This document shows, piece by piece, positions 26,292 to 40,228 of a stretch of DNA of 64,000 bases. This DNA comes from the human T2T-CHM13v2.0 reference genome, Homo sapiens: assembly GCF_009914755.1 (NCBI RefSeq), contig NC_060936.1. The stretch is one strand, 5' to 3'. Each line of letters opens with the position of its first letter. Within the stretch, counting starts at the first letter, position 1. A program made the position numbers and the translations under genes. A model generated the notes under the pieces. That model did not search any database and was not told the DNA's origin. It worked only from the letters and a program-made list of their open reading frames with translations.

Positions 26292-26501
26292 TTTTTTTTT
26301 CTTAACAGACAGGGTCTCGCTCTGTCACCCAGGCTGGAGTGCAGTGGCACGATCATGGTTCACTGTAACCTCCGCCTCTTGAGCTCAAGGGATCCTCCCA
26401 CCTCAGCCTCCTCAGTAGCTGGTGCTATAGGCGTGTGACACCAAGCCTGGCTACTTTTTTTTTTTTTTTAGGGACAGGATCTTGCTATGCTGCCCAGGCT
26501 G
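26292..26501 (-). mobile_element. AluJ, 5'-truncated, ~27 nt from the exon 7 donor
   Basis: Right arm plus part of left arm. Confidence 0.88.
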
Positions 26502-26529
26502 TTTTATTTTGCCCCTGGTACATATTTAC

Positions 26530-27271
26530 CTGGAAAAGAGGAGTCTGCTGTTCTGTGTTGGGTGTCTTGTTGATCCAGGATTCCAAGGGTTTCCCTGTTC
26601 CAGAGCTCTGAGCGAGCACAGGAAACTTAGCGGCCAAGGCTGGCCGGTTAGAGGCATGCAGCTGCTGCTCCTGCTGTACAATCTGAAGCTTCTTCAGTAA
26701 CTCTTGAGGGGAGATCACTCCAGAGCTGCCAGTCTGACTACCAGAGATGGGGAGTGTTTGTCTTGGGAGTGTGGACTGTTCTCTTCCATGAGCCTGATGT
26801 CCTACTGTCTGAGGTGGAAGGGAGCCATTGAAATAGGCCTGTGGTGGCTGAGCCAGACCCTTTCCTGGAGCCACAGGGGTGACAGAAGTGGGAGCTCTGC
26901 TGCGGTTCAGGGCAGCTGAGCTGGCAGGTGCTGGTGTACTAGGGTCACACTTGTTTGCTGCCCCTGGGGTACTCTGAAGTTTCTCGAACAGGTTCTGAGT
27001 TCTGGAAGCATTTTGTACACCACGAGAAGTTCCAATGTTGTGAGGAGACCCTGGCTGGACAGGTCCTGTAAAAAATTCTCCCGCAGAATGGGTACTGCCA
27101 TTTTCACAAGGCCGGTTTTCAGGCAGCTCTGACAATGGGTGGAGGTCTGCGCTCCTGACCATGAGTTTCTGAATGGCTGGACAGAGCTGCTTCTCAATGG
27201 GGGGTGAGTGTCTTCTGGGTTCCTCATAGGACAGGGAGCGTACAACCCCCTGCCTAATTGGAAGCTTCTCT

Positions 27272-27303
<32 letters not shown>

Positions 27304-27402
27304 GAGAGTCTGCGGAGGCTCCACAGTTTCCTGACATGTAGCTTTGTCCTGCTTCCCAAACAGAGCTGTCAAGGATAAGTGTTGGGGTTCAGGGTCTAAG
27401 GT
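26530..27402 (-). CDS. DCP1B: DCP1B coding exon 7 (873 bp), disordered region with polyQ: TLDPEPQHL...QTPLFQ
   Basis: ttccag|ACCTTAGAC...TTCCAG|gtaaat; phase 0/0; overlaps ORF 26485..27372. Confidence 0.97.
27271..27300 (-). repeat. (CAG)9CAA coding trinucleotide repeat, Q10 in DCP1B
   Basis: Plus strand ttg(ctg)9; in frame HQQQQQQQQQQEK. Confidence 0.97.
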
Positions 27403-28014
27403 CTGGAAAAAATAAAGATATCTGACATGAGTCTACAAACAATTTGGTTATATGAGGAAGTGCTATGAAACATAACTTATCTGATGACTTATTCTATTTA
27501 CAAAGGATTGATTAGAGAGAATGAAAAATAATAATAATAAACTTGAAAAATGAGATCCCCTTTTTAATGTCAAAAATTTTCACAGCATGCTCCCCTTGCA
27601 CCCCCAAAACAGTTATTATATTTTAATATCTGTTGACCGATAAAACAGGTATAAGATCTTCAAGGGCCTGGGGTTTCACAGATTGGGAACCACCTTGGTA
27701 GGAAATTATATGCACTAAAAAAATAAACAATCTGTTCAATAGGAAGCCCATCTAAGCCTGCAGAGTAATATGAGAATACAAAGGAATATAAGCATTTCAG
27801 AATTTCTAGTAGTTTTTCACAGAATTATGGAAATCAAGGGCTGGAAAGAAACGGAAGACTTTAAATCTAACTTGATCCTTTCAAATATATACTGGTAGGA
27901 TTTAAAAAGTCCTTGGATACATAAAATCTACCTTGGCCCAGCCAGTTACAAAGCTACTTCCTTCTTGCTCTTTACTTCTGTTGCTTTCTGCATTGTTGCA
28001 CTGAGAAAACATGA

Positions 28015-28424
<410 letters not shown>

Positions 28425-28971
28425 TTAGAAGACTTCTTTTCTTTAAAAATTCAATATAAGATTTTCATTACTAGTCTTTATGTCTTTTGGCTCCATGTTC
28501 ATTTTCAAAATTGATATAAACTAATTCCTTTAAGAAAATCTTTTTAATTAGTCATAGTCATGATAAAATGACACAGCAATATTATATTTACAATCATTAA
28601 TGGGACCTACAGATTGACAATTTTTGTCATTGCTGTACTATTCTGAAGTGTATATATATATATATATACACTAACACAAAAGCTGCTGTAATATTTCTAA
28701 TTTAGATTGCAAAGACAGTGACAAGTCATCATATCTGAAGAGGAGTTTTATACCATTCCTTTGGACTCTGAGCTCTCGGCGGCAGCTACCCCAGTCTACA
28801 GTGCTAGCTCTGCATCTGGCACAGAGGAGGTGCTCAGAAGTGCTCAAATCAACTCTGTGTCCTTGGTGGTTCTCCCAGGTGGCCTTGGGAAGCCACCCAC
28901 CCCAGAAGAATATGGACCCAATGGGTAATGTTTCTGTCATCTCTGACAATGTTATTAGTTTTCTAGGGTGC

Positions 28972-29268
28972 TTGTTTGTTTGTTTTTGTTTTCTGAGACA
29001 TGGTCTTGCTTTCTTGCCCAGGCTGGAGTGCAGTGGCGCATTCCATAGCTCACCGTAACCTCAAACTCCTAAGCTCAAGGGATCCTCCCGCCTCAGCCTC
29101 CAGAGCAGCTAGCACTACAGGTGCACGCCATCATGCCTGGCTAATTTTCCTGTAGAGATGGAGTCTCACTGTGTTGCCCAGGCTGCTCTCAAACTTCTGG
29201 CCTCAAATGATCCTCTCGCCTCAGCCTCTCAAAGTGCTGGGATTACAGGCTTGAGCCACTGTGCTGGC
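28972..29268 (-). mobile_element. AluJ
   Basis: Full antisense dimer with (TTTG)n tail. Confidence 0.9.
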
Positions 29269-29545
29269 TTGTTGTTTTTTAAAAAATACATTATCTTTTA
29301 AGGAGTTCAAGTTCACAAGAGATTAGCACAGAATGTGGTATATGCCAAAAGTAAAAACTTTAACCCTCTTCTAGGAAGAGTAAGTTATTAATAATGAAAA
29401 AATCTGTATTCTGAAATCCCGCTTTCTTGGGTTTACCTGAAAGCATTCTTCAACAACACCAGGCCCTCCCCTGACTATATTCTGGGTCAAAGTTCTTTAA
29501 GAATTCTAGAGACACACTGAATATGACAAGCAGAGAACTCCGTAC

Positions 29546-29674
29546 CTGGTTGGGCTGAGGTATACGCTGTTGCTGGTTTTCACTGGGTTTCACTGGAATT
29601 GGTTTGATGAGATTTGGATTGTCATAGATGGCAGAGGAACTGGTTATCTTTTTTGGCTCAGAACAGGTTTTACA
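29546..29674 (-). CDS. DCP1B: DCP1B coding exon 6 (129 bp): CKTCSEPKK...RIPQPNQ
   Basis: ttcag|TGTAAA...AACCAG|gtacgg; phase 0/0; inside ORF 29450..29701. Confidence 0.95.
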
Positions 29675-32075
29675 CTGAAATAGAAAAGAAAATCCCCTCA
29701 TTTTTGGCTTAGAAAAGCTTTAGTCTTTTTAAAAGACTACCTTTTTACTTCTTATCTAATTGGTAGACGGCTGTGTTTTTGATAGATTTTCATGCACAAA
29801 GGAAAATCCCTTAAATTTCTCTAAGAGCTATGTTTGAGTATAAATCAAGTTAAAATTTAATTTTTCTTAGTTGGACAATTCAGTGCTCTAAATATTACTA
29901 ACAACACCAGCCTCCAGGACCAGGGGTTCTTAAGACACCTGTATAATTGAAAGGCTCTGTGCTTAATATATTGACTATACGTTTAAATATATATAGTCTA
30001 ATGTCTTTCAATGATAAACAAATATAGAAACCATTCCTTAAATAACATGTCTGGACAATTTAAGCAGTTGACTTAAAATTGGAGAGTAGTTGAGTACATT
30101 TCATCAAAGTAACTAAATCTTTTTTGGTCTACAAACCAAAAAGCTGACTCAAACCACTGATTTAAAAATTACTAACATCATCTTTATTTAATAAATGACT
30201 TCTTGCATAAACAGAGTAATTCAAATCTGAGCGTTCTGAGCTACTTACTACAAATTAGAATTTTGTAGAGAAAGAGACAAGAGACAAATCTCATCATTTC
30301 CAACACTGACTCATTATTATACATTAATCTAACCAACCATGCAATTGCTAACACAGTAGGATTCATAACAAAAAGAGCATGGCAATGATACTGGTGTCTA
30401 GTTTGCTAAAACACTAAATAAAACAATATAAAATGCTGCTTTCTGTACTACAGACTCTCTGAAGCATCATTTGTTTCCACTGTACAGCCAAGGCCTCAGG
30501 CCCCAAAATATTCCACACCTGACATGAAATGAAATATAAACACAATCTTGTCCCTCAGGAACCCAGCATTCCCAATGTGTTTTACAGTTATCAATGTGTA
30601 TTCTCTAATCCAACGATCTGGGGGTGTGGCATCTATTACCACTGTATGCACTGTATGTGAGGTTAACCATACAAAAGATTCTCTTCCTCCAGGCATTCTA
30701 TCAATAATTTGTATATTTAGCACAAGTATTACGTGGGATGCAAAATCACCTTATAAGTCATAAAGTGTTACTTCCAATTCTTCTTAGGTGAATGAGGGTA
30801 TGGCGGCATGGACCAACTGGCATGGCTTTCCCAAGTCATGGATAACCAAGACAAGACAAGAATACAGGCTAACATTTAATCCCTTACACAATTTTGGCAT
30901 GAAAAGCCTTGCTATTTAAAAGAACGTGAATGCTTCCTTTCTTTGAATGACGCTTTCTGTATTTCTTCTTTTTCTATGTTCAGAAACACTGAATTTCCGG
31001 CAAAGAAAGGCAGATTTTTCCCAGCTTCCCTATGCCCATATCCATATGGGCTAACAGGATGCTTTGTCTGTTGATATGAATAAGCCTGATAGCTTTTCCT
31101 AGTTAAAATGTTATCTCCAGAAGCTGTTTTCTGTGTCACTACAACTGCCTACCTACAAAACCTTGCTTTTATGTAACAATTGCTCCCTCTTATCAGAGTG
31201 CTCAGAATTAATCATCCACCTCAGTAGTTTGTAGCTCATTTTCCAGTTGTTTAATTTTGTATGCTTTTCCCGACCTAAATATCTTTAAAATCCTGGGGGG
31301 AAAAACAGTTTTTGAAAAAGCATATAATGGATTCTTCACAGAGAACCTGAGGCATTTCTTTAAAACTTCAAAAACTTCCTCTGTTGGATGCTGAGGTTAA
31401 AATACAATAAAACCTCAAAAAGTATGTCATATAATCCAGTTTTAATCACACACAAACACATACATACATAAACATATGTATTTATGCCAAGAGAGATGTT
31501 TGAAACAAAATACAATAAAAGTATAAAAAGTTTCTATCTTCAGTTTATAGGATTATTGGTGATTTTTCTTTTTATATTCTTTTGAATTCTATCATTCAAC
31601 AAAAAAATTTCTATAATTTCATAAATAACTCACAGCTATATCCAGAAAAGAGCCAATAATTCTTGTCTTAAACCACAAAACACAAATAGTCCACTTCTGA
31701 ATACTCCAAGCTTAACTATGCAGCCTGTAGATCATTTCTGGTCCTGCCTCTTGTTCTTACTAAAATTTGGTTATTTTACTGTTCACTTGCATCTCAACTA
31801 GAAATTGAATAGGGCGGAGATAAAAAGAGATGAAATGCAAATTAACATCTTTTCTACTTTAAAGCAGATTCACAGAAAGTTATTTCTCAAAAGAGAATGC
31901 ACAAAATTTCAGCCAAAATAAGTTTTCAAATTATTTTATTAACCTCCTGTAAACTAGACAGACTTCACTTTACCCATATCATATATACTGATAGCTCAAC
32001 ATTTTTCCTACTTCCACTTCTTGGGATGTTCACAAATTTAAGAATTCTAGAGAGACTTAAGCGTAAGGCCTGAGA

Positions 32076-33308
32076 CTATAAACCTCCTGGAAGGAAACAG
32101 GGGAAAAGCTCCCCAACGTCGCTCTGGGCAGACTTTTTCTATAAACCTCCTGGAAGGAAACAGGGGAAAAGCTCCCCAACGTCGCTCTGGGCAATGGCTT
32201 TTTCTATGAACCTCCTGGAAGGAAACAGGGGAAAAGCTCCCTAACGTCGCTCTGGGCAATGACTTTTTCTATAAACCTCCTGGAAGGAAACAGGGGAAAA
32301 GCTCCCTAACGTTGCTCTGGGCAATGACTTTTTCTATAAACCTCCTGGAAGGAAACAGGGGAAAAGCTCCCCAACGTTGCTCTGGGTAATGACTTTTTCT
32401 ATAAACCTACTGGAAGAAGACAGGGGAAAAGCTCCCTAACGTCGCTCTGGGCAATGGCTTCTTCTATAAACCTCCTGGAAGAAGACAGGGGAAAAGCTCC
32501 CTAACGTCGCTCTGGGCAATGGCTTTTTCTATAAACCTCCTGGAAGGAAACAGGGGAAAAGCTCCCTAACGTCGCTCTGGGCAATGGCTTTTTCTATAAA
32601 CCTCCTGGAAGAAGACAGGGGAAAAGCTCCCTAACGTCGCTCTGCGCAATGGCTTTTTCTATAAACCTCCTGGAAGAAGACAGGGGAAAAGCTCCCTAAC
32701 GTCGCTCTGGGCAATGACTTTTTCTATAAACCTCCTGGAAGGAGACAGGGGAAAAGCTCCCCAACGTCGCTCTGGGCAATGACTTTTTCCATAAACCTCC
32801 CGGAAGGAGACAGGGGAAAAGCTCCCCAACGTCGCTCTGGGCAATGACTTTTTCTATAAACCTCCCGGAAGGAAACAGGGGAAAAGCTCCCCAACGTCGC
32901 TCTGGGCAATGGCTTTTTCTATAAACCTCCTGGAAGGAAACAGGGGAAAAGCTCCCCAACGTCGCTTTGGGCAATGACTTTTTCTATAAACCTCCTGGAA
33001 GGAAACAGGGGAAAAGCTCCCCAACGTCGCTCTGGGCAATGACTTTTTCTATAAACCTCCTGGAAGGAAACAGGGGAAAAGCTCCCCAACGTCGCTCTGG
33101 GCAATGACTTTTTCTATAAACCTCCTGGAAGGAAACAGGGGGAAAGCTCCCCAACGTTGCTCTGGGCAATGACTTTTTCTATAAACCTCCTGGAAGGAAA
33201 CAGGGGGAAAGCTCCCCAACGTCGCTCTGGGCAATGACTTTTTCTATAAACCTCCTGGAAGGAAACAGGGGAAAAGCTCCCTAACGTTGCTCTGGGCAAT
33301 GGCTTTTT
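32076..33308. repeat. 65-bp VNTR, 19 copies, derived from L1 ORF2 sequence
   Basis: Unit ctataaacctcctggaaggaaacaggggaaaagctccccaacgtcgctctgggcaatgacttttt; starts at 32076, 32139, then every 65 bp to 33244. Confidence 0.97.
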
Positions 33309-33790
33309 CGATGTGACCCTAAGGACAGGCAACAAAAGCAAGAGACACACGGGATTACATCCAACCCAAGGCTGTTGCATAGCAAAGGAAACAGCAGAGT
33401 GAAGAGATGACCTATGGAGTGGAGGAAGATACCTGCACAACATACATACGATAAGAGATTCATGTCCAAAGTAGATAAGGAACTCAAACAACTCAACAGT
33501 AAGAAAAGAAAACAAATGTTCTGATCAAAATATAGACAAAGGGCCTGAGTGGACATTTTTCAAAAGAAGACATACATGTGGCCAATAGGTATGTGAAAAA
33601 TGCTCGACATCGCTAATCATCAGGGAAATGCAAATTAAAACCACAGTGAAATATCACCTCAAACCTGGTAGAATGTCTACCATCAAAAAGGCAAAACATA
33701 AGTGGTGGCAAGGATGTACAGAAAAGGAAATCCTTGTATACTGTTGGTGGGAATATTAGTTAGCATAGCTATTATGGAAAATAGCATGTT

Positions 33791-34258
<468 letters not shown>

Positions 34259-36027
34259 TCATCAATGAATGAATGGATAAAGAAAATGTGGTGTATAAAC
34301 ACAATGGAATACTATTCAGCCTCAAAAAAGAAGGAAATTCTGTCATTTGCAACAACATGGATGAACCTGGAGGACATTACATTAGGTGAAATAAACCAGG
34401 CACAGAAAGGCAAGTACTGCATGATTTCACTCCTACATGAAATCCAGAGAAGCTGAACCCACTGAAGCACAGTAGGCTGGTAGTTGCCGGAGGCTGGGGG
34501 TAGGAGGATTTTGGAGATGTTGGTCAAAGGATACAAACTTTCAATTAGACAGGAGGAATAAGTTCAGGAGATTTATTGTACATCATGATGACTACAGTTA
34601 GTACTAATATATTGTATACTGAAAGTTGCTAAAAGAGTAGATTTTAATTATTTTTGCCACACAAAAATGATAAATATGTGAGGTAATACATGTGTTAATT
34701 AGCTTGATTTAGGCACCCTATAATATACATGCATATCAAAATATCATGTTGTATACCATACATAAATATATACAATTTTAATTTTTCATTGAAAATAATT
34801 TTAAAAAGAAAACTTCAATAAAAGTAAGTCTAGCACTGAAAACCATCTCAGAAGTCTTTTAGTTTAATACTTATCCAACACAAGCCAAATTCTTTTATCA
34901 CATCACCAATATGTAACTGTTCAATCTCTTCTTGAACACTTTAAGTAACGGAGACTCACTTCCCAACAAGAACTCTGAAGGAACATTCTGTTTTCCTTCT
35001 CTCTCGCTACCTTTCCATTTCACCCCCTTTCTTCTGTCTCAGAACCACTTTACTCAGGGTCTCCACATTTTCTGAAATATCTGTGTGTGAGTGCAGAGAC
35101 AACACAATGTAAGAAGGCGATGGAATGCTCTTTCCAAACATAAGGCACTGGCAGCTAGCAGGGTGCATGCACACCTAGTTAGGCCGGCCAAAAATAAGGT
35201 GATGGAAAAAGAACATCTGAAACAGGCCCTGAAAGCTGGATCATATTTTGATGGGTGAAGAAGGGGTGGGAACAGTATGAGAAAAGTCATGAAAGCACTC
35301 TCAGGAAGCAAAATGAGTATTCTGTTTGGCAGGAGTTTCAAATATTTGTAGAGGGTAGTAGGGTTAGAAGAACAAACTGAGGCCGTCTTAGGGAAGGCTT
35401 GAAGACTCCAAGGGTTCCTGTACTGGGCAATGACAAACCAAGAAAAACGGAGACTAGGAAAGTAGCGTGATCATGCAGGTGTCCTGGCACACTGTATCAC
35501 AACATCTGGCTGTTAATGGAAGAAGAAATAATTTCCTCTATTATTTATCTCACAGTTGGAGCAACTGACATTACGCATAAAACAACATGTATTTGATTTT
35601 TACAGAAAAGCACCTTCTATACACGAATTAAGTGTCTGCACTTCATGTCAACATTATAACAAATCTGTGAGGGCATAAAGATGAACAGAACATTGTTTTA
35701 ACTTCAACCAGTTTACAGTGTACTGGGAGAAGTTGACTTAATGTAATAAATGAGGAAGAACAAAATAAGTTTTAAATAGTAATAGACTGAGTTCACATGG
35801 AAGAATAATTAATTTGACTGAAGAGACCTGGGAAAACTCCACGTAAAAAGTGTCATTTTTACTAAGCCTTAAAGGATATGTAAATTCTGAAGGGTAAATA
35901 AAGTAAGGGGAAAAATATTCCAAGACATAGGCACAGTATAAAGTGATGGCCTAAATTAAATCTCCAGAACCGTATATGAGTGTTTCTGAGAGAGACAGAG
36001 AATGTGTGTGCTTGTGCTGTTCTTTTA

Positions 36028-36540
36028 TGTGATGGTCACTCAAGTGAGGCCAGAGAGGAGACACAGGAGAGTCTCAGGAAAACAAAGTTTATTATACTCA
36101 CAGGTCCTGGAGACAAGAGGCATGCCACGCTGCACAGGGCCACGTGTGGAAGCCTCAGGGTGTCAGCAGCAAGGGGAAGGCGTAGGCTAGAGCATTTACT
36201 GAATTTCCTCAAGGAAGGCAAGGCAGGGCATGGTAAACAGGTTAAGATTGGCCAGTTTGAATAACTCCAGCAGGCTCTAAACTGTATGAGTGGTCCCCAG
36301 TTGCTGGGTACCTGGCCCTGGGATGATTAAGGCAGAGGAATATTGTACAGGCCAGAGACGAGGAGATACGTATGGCTCAGGATTGGTTAGTGTGCATATT
36401 AAAGGCGTGCTCCTGGCCAAGCCCTTTGCTATCTCTGAACACTGGCTGGTCACAGGAGGGGCAGTCTCCCCAGCCAGAAAGGATTTTAAGATGTCAAAAC
36501 ATTATAACATATAGAAGATAAAAAACAGAAACAATACAAG
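36028..36540. mobile_element. ERVL-type solo LTR (MER76-like)
   Basis: Starts TGTGATGGTCACTC; aagtttattatactcacag, gattggccagtttgaataa, cctggccctgggatgatta motifs recalled from this family. Confidence 0.55.
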
Positions 36541-37039
36541 GTATGTGTGTGTTGAGAGGAGGGAGGGAAAGAAAGGAAAATAATTTTTTTCAATATTTGT
36601 ATTTATTTACCATTGTTACACTGTCTTCACAGAACATTAAGTTCCTGGAGGGCAGAAATGTCACCTTTTGAAGATTAATCTTTAGTGTGCATAATATAGT
36701 ATAATTAATAAAGTATAACTAATTATTCAACTAGTTGCCAAGTCATCATAATTTTTTTTAATGACTTTTGAAGAATTAAAAAAACACAAAATGAATACAG
36801 AATAGTTACTGTCTGAAGCTGAGATTAAGGCATCTCTGTCCAGGCCATACAATAGAAGGATAATTAAACTGTGGCTCATTCACATTCATATTCCTTCCTT
36901 CACTCAATAGCCATTATTTAACACTCACCATGTGCTAAGTACTTTGAAGACAATAAGGGATATAAAAGTGAATAAAGGATGTTCTTCGTACTCAAGAAGC
37001 TCACAGTCAAGGCAAAGCATGTTAAAGAAACTTGTCTAA

Positions 37040-39480
37040 CTGCCTATATGTGCCACTTCATTCAGGATTTTTCTGATTGCTTCCTCATAGCATCATTTAA
37101 TTTGTTTTTCTACCTTGTCTCCCCTCACTCCCCACCCACTTTCACTTTCTGTAAACTAAAAAGTTAGAGCTCAAGGCTTAATGAGATTCAGGATCAACTC
37201 TTTGGGCAAGAATATTTCAAGATGGTGCTGTACATTTGACATCTTATCACATTAGGAAGCCAGAGAATCTGGTTATCTAACTTTTAATGATGATAATCAG
37301 CGGGGTTCAGGAGGAGGCAGCCTGATCCTTCCACTGTCAAGTTTCTATCAACCTTTCCCATAACATTAATATTACTGATGATCACTGCCTGAGTCAATTA
37401 TTTTAAGCAGAGTGTCTTTAAGTTCTATTATTCTCTCCACACGTACTAGCTGGAATTCTCTGGTAGAGAACAGCTCTCCCTCATTGACCAGGGCTGTTTG
37501 ATTACTCTGAGATATAGTCCCTTTAGGGCAGGCAGGATAAAAGCTTATTTCATTCCCATTAATTATCAATTTTCAGAGGAAGGAGTTGGTGCCTTAGCAC
37601 CTTCAAACGGATAACTAATAATTATTTTGCTTGGTTTTATATGTTTGGTTTGCTTGTTCTCTTTCTCATTACCAGGAACTCATAGATTTTTATACATTCA
37701 ATGTGGTTTAATCCATTGTAGTCACTCCTGTTGATGTTAGAATGTGGTGCTCTGGTCAGTGTCCTTGAAGCTGATTTCTGTGTCCTTTCACATGACCCTA
37801 TTGGTTTTACTATTCCAGACCTGGAATCAGAAATTTCTTTGAAGAGCCCTGACACCTTCTGGAAGGAAGTAATATTTCGAAACAACAATCTGGGTGATAT
37901 AGATGCTTACTGCTACTGAGTTAGTCACTTTTATTTTTATGTCCTTTCAGGGCAAGAGTGAGAAACTCTATTTTTTGTTTTTATACCTAAGAAACAAAAC
38001 ATGAACTAATTCTGATATTTCCACTTAATCTTATGTAGTTTTAACTTATTAGATTTGATTTTTTTCCCCTTACACTAAGGTTTTGGTTCCAACCACGTTT
38101 ATCTAATTTCATATTTATTATATCCACAACAGTAGAAAAATTACAATGCCAACAGTAGAAAAATTAAAATGCCAACATTACTACAAACAATAAAACCAAT
38201 GAATGAAGTTTATAATGTCTTGCAGTTCTTTTTGTCCTTAAAATATAACCCACTAAGAGTGTTCAGTTCAAGCAGCGGGCTTTGAAGTCACTCTAATTTT
38301 TTTTCTAAGTAATTATGTGACAATATGATATTCAATTACATACATTTATTTCAGCTAGTTTCCAAATTCTATAATTTTTAAAAATTTTTATTTTTTGCCC
38401 ATTTTTCTAGTGTTAATCTTGTACTTCTTAATTTTTAGGAGCTCTTCATAAAATAACCTTCCTGTCATTCTGGTGTCAACAATTTTTTTCTGAGTTGTTT
38501 TTGTATCTTTCTATTTGCTTGTGTTGTATTTAAACCTTGTAAAATGTTTTTTATTTTTATGTAGTTTAATTAATTGCTTTTGGGTTTTTAGGCATAATTG
38601 AAAGATTTCTCTTTTCCTAGATTATAAAGAAATCCATACAAATTTTCTTCTGGTACTTGAATCATTATATTTTTACATTTAAATTTCTAATACATTTGGA
38701 ATTTATCCTGGTGTATGCTGTAAGGTACAGACTCAGTTTTGTATTTTTCCAAATGGCTACCAGTTGCCCCAACACCATTTATTTAGGAATTCACTCAAAT
38801 AGCTGACTTGAGATTATCATCTTTATCATATCCTAGATTTCATATACAATTGGATTTAATCCTAGACTTAGAATCTTAAATCTGTCCCATTGGTCTATTG
38901 GGCTGTTAGGTATCAATACCATCAACACCATACTGTTTGAAATGTTGACTTCAATGTTTTAAAATCAGGGAGAGCTCGCTCCATCCCCCCACTCATCTCC
39001 CCCACCTCCAACCCCTACTAATATCACACTTCTTTGCCAGGATTTTCCCAGCTATTCTTTCTTGCATATTTCTTTCCATGAGCCTTACACTCAACTTGTC
39101 TAGATCAGAGAGTAAGGGAGAAGTGGGGAGGGGAGGGGAAAAGAAACCAGTGGTATTTATTTAGTGGTCACCTTAAATGTAGAGATTTTTTTTCTAAGAG
39201 CTTTATGTTGAATCTTCTTATCCAACAACAGGGTGTATATTTCCATTTGTTTGAGTCTATTTTTATGCCTTTCAGGAGTTTTTAAACATTTTCTTTATAT
39301 AGGTTTTGCCCATTTCTCGTGAATTTTATTGCAAACAATTTTATATTCATTTGTTGCTACTGTAAGTTGGGGTCTTGCAGTAAGTCTAACAAGACTTACT
39401 ACCAGTTGTGTATATGAAGGTTATTGTATACATGAAGGCTATTGTATATATGAAGGCTACTGATTTCTCAGGCTATTTTT
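37040..39480 (-). mobile_element. Fragmented ancient L1M
   Basis: T-rich; ccagttgccccaacaccatttatt and similar antisense L1 ORF2 motifs. Confidence 0.65.
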
Positions 39481-39671
39481 TAACCCACTTAAAGGCAAAC
39501 AGTTTTCTTCAGCTTATAAAAAATCTATATTACAAATAAAGATTTTTTATTTGTAATATAATTTTGTTTGGTGGAAGGAACAGCATCCACAGTACCTAGT
39601 CTTGCTAAACAAGAATATTCCCACTGCGGAACTGAAGTGTGTATGTATCACAAGGAAGGGCAAACACTCAC

Positions 39672-39807
39672 CTTTGTGTATTCGTCTTTGGCCTTGATGA
39701 GCATTCGTAAAATGTCTACTTCTTTGCCCTCTCCTGAATTGAGGATCACTGGGGAAATTCCTGCTCCAGTTCCCTGATGGGCTTTCAACTGTTCATACTG
39801 AGTTAGG
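39672..39807 (-). CDS. DCP1B: DCP1B coding exon 5 (136 bp): (N)LTQYEQLKAHQG...DILRMLIKAKDEYTK
   Basis: tctag|CCTAACT...ACAAAG|gtgagt; phase continues from exon 4; contains the conserved DILxML helical motif; inside ORF 39648..39833. Confidence 0.96.
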
Positions 39808-39999
39808 CTAGAAAAACAGAGGGGAAAATCCACACAAGAAAAGCCAATTCAACACAAACAATGTTTAAAACCATCCCAATTCTCACCTAGTTGTTTTCAT
39901 CCTGTTACAACCATATTAGAAATAAGCTTGCTTAGGAATTTAAAGGAGAAAAATGAGAGTTGAGGTCCTGAATTCACTGACTACACAAATGAATCTAGG

Positions 40000-40228
40000 A
40001 TAGGGGTCAGCAAATCTGTGGGCCAAGTCCAGCCCACCACCTGTTTTTTGTAAAGAAAGTCACAAACACAGCCAAGCTCAACACAGCCATGCTCCTTTGT
40101 TTACATGTTGTTTATGGCTGCTTTCACATTACAAGGGCAGAATTCTATAGTCGGAACACAAATCCTATGGACTGCAAAGCCTAAAATACTCACTCTCTGG
40201 TCCCTTTGAGAAGAGTTTGCCAACTCCT
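40000..40228. mobile_element. MER58A-like hAT-Charlie DNA transposon
   Basis: Terminal inverted repeats aggggtcagcaaa ... tttgccaactcct; internal cacagccatgctc, gcaaagcctaaaata. Confidence 0.8.

Noticed and set aside
26485-26529. Alternative DCP1B C-terminus VNMYQGQNKTAWAA* by read-through of the exon 7 donor
   Set aside because: Simple intronic continuation into an Alu; the donor CAG|GTAAAT is adequate and there is no nearby evidence for a terminal exon.
32100-32114. NF-kB or STAT sites in the VNTR unit
   Set aside because: GGGGAAAAGCTCCCC does not fit GGGRNNYYCC spacing, and CTCCTGGAA misses the TTC half of a GAS site.
32076-33308. CRISPR-like array (regular period, GGGGA-AAAGC-TCCCC mini-hairpin) and the repeated 61-aa ORFs
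   Set aside because: No unique spacers, units are contiguous, no cas genes, mammalian context, and the unit derives from L1; the ORFs are repeat artefacts.
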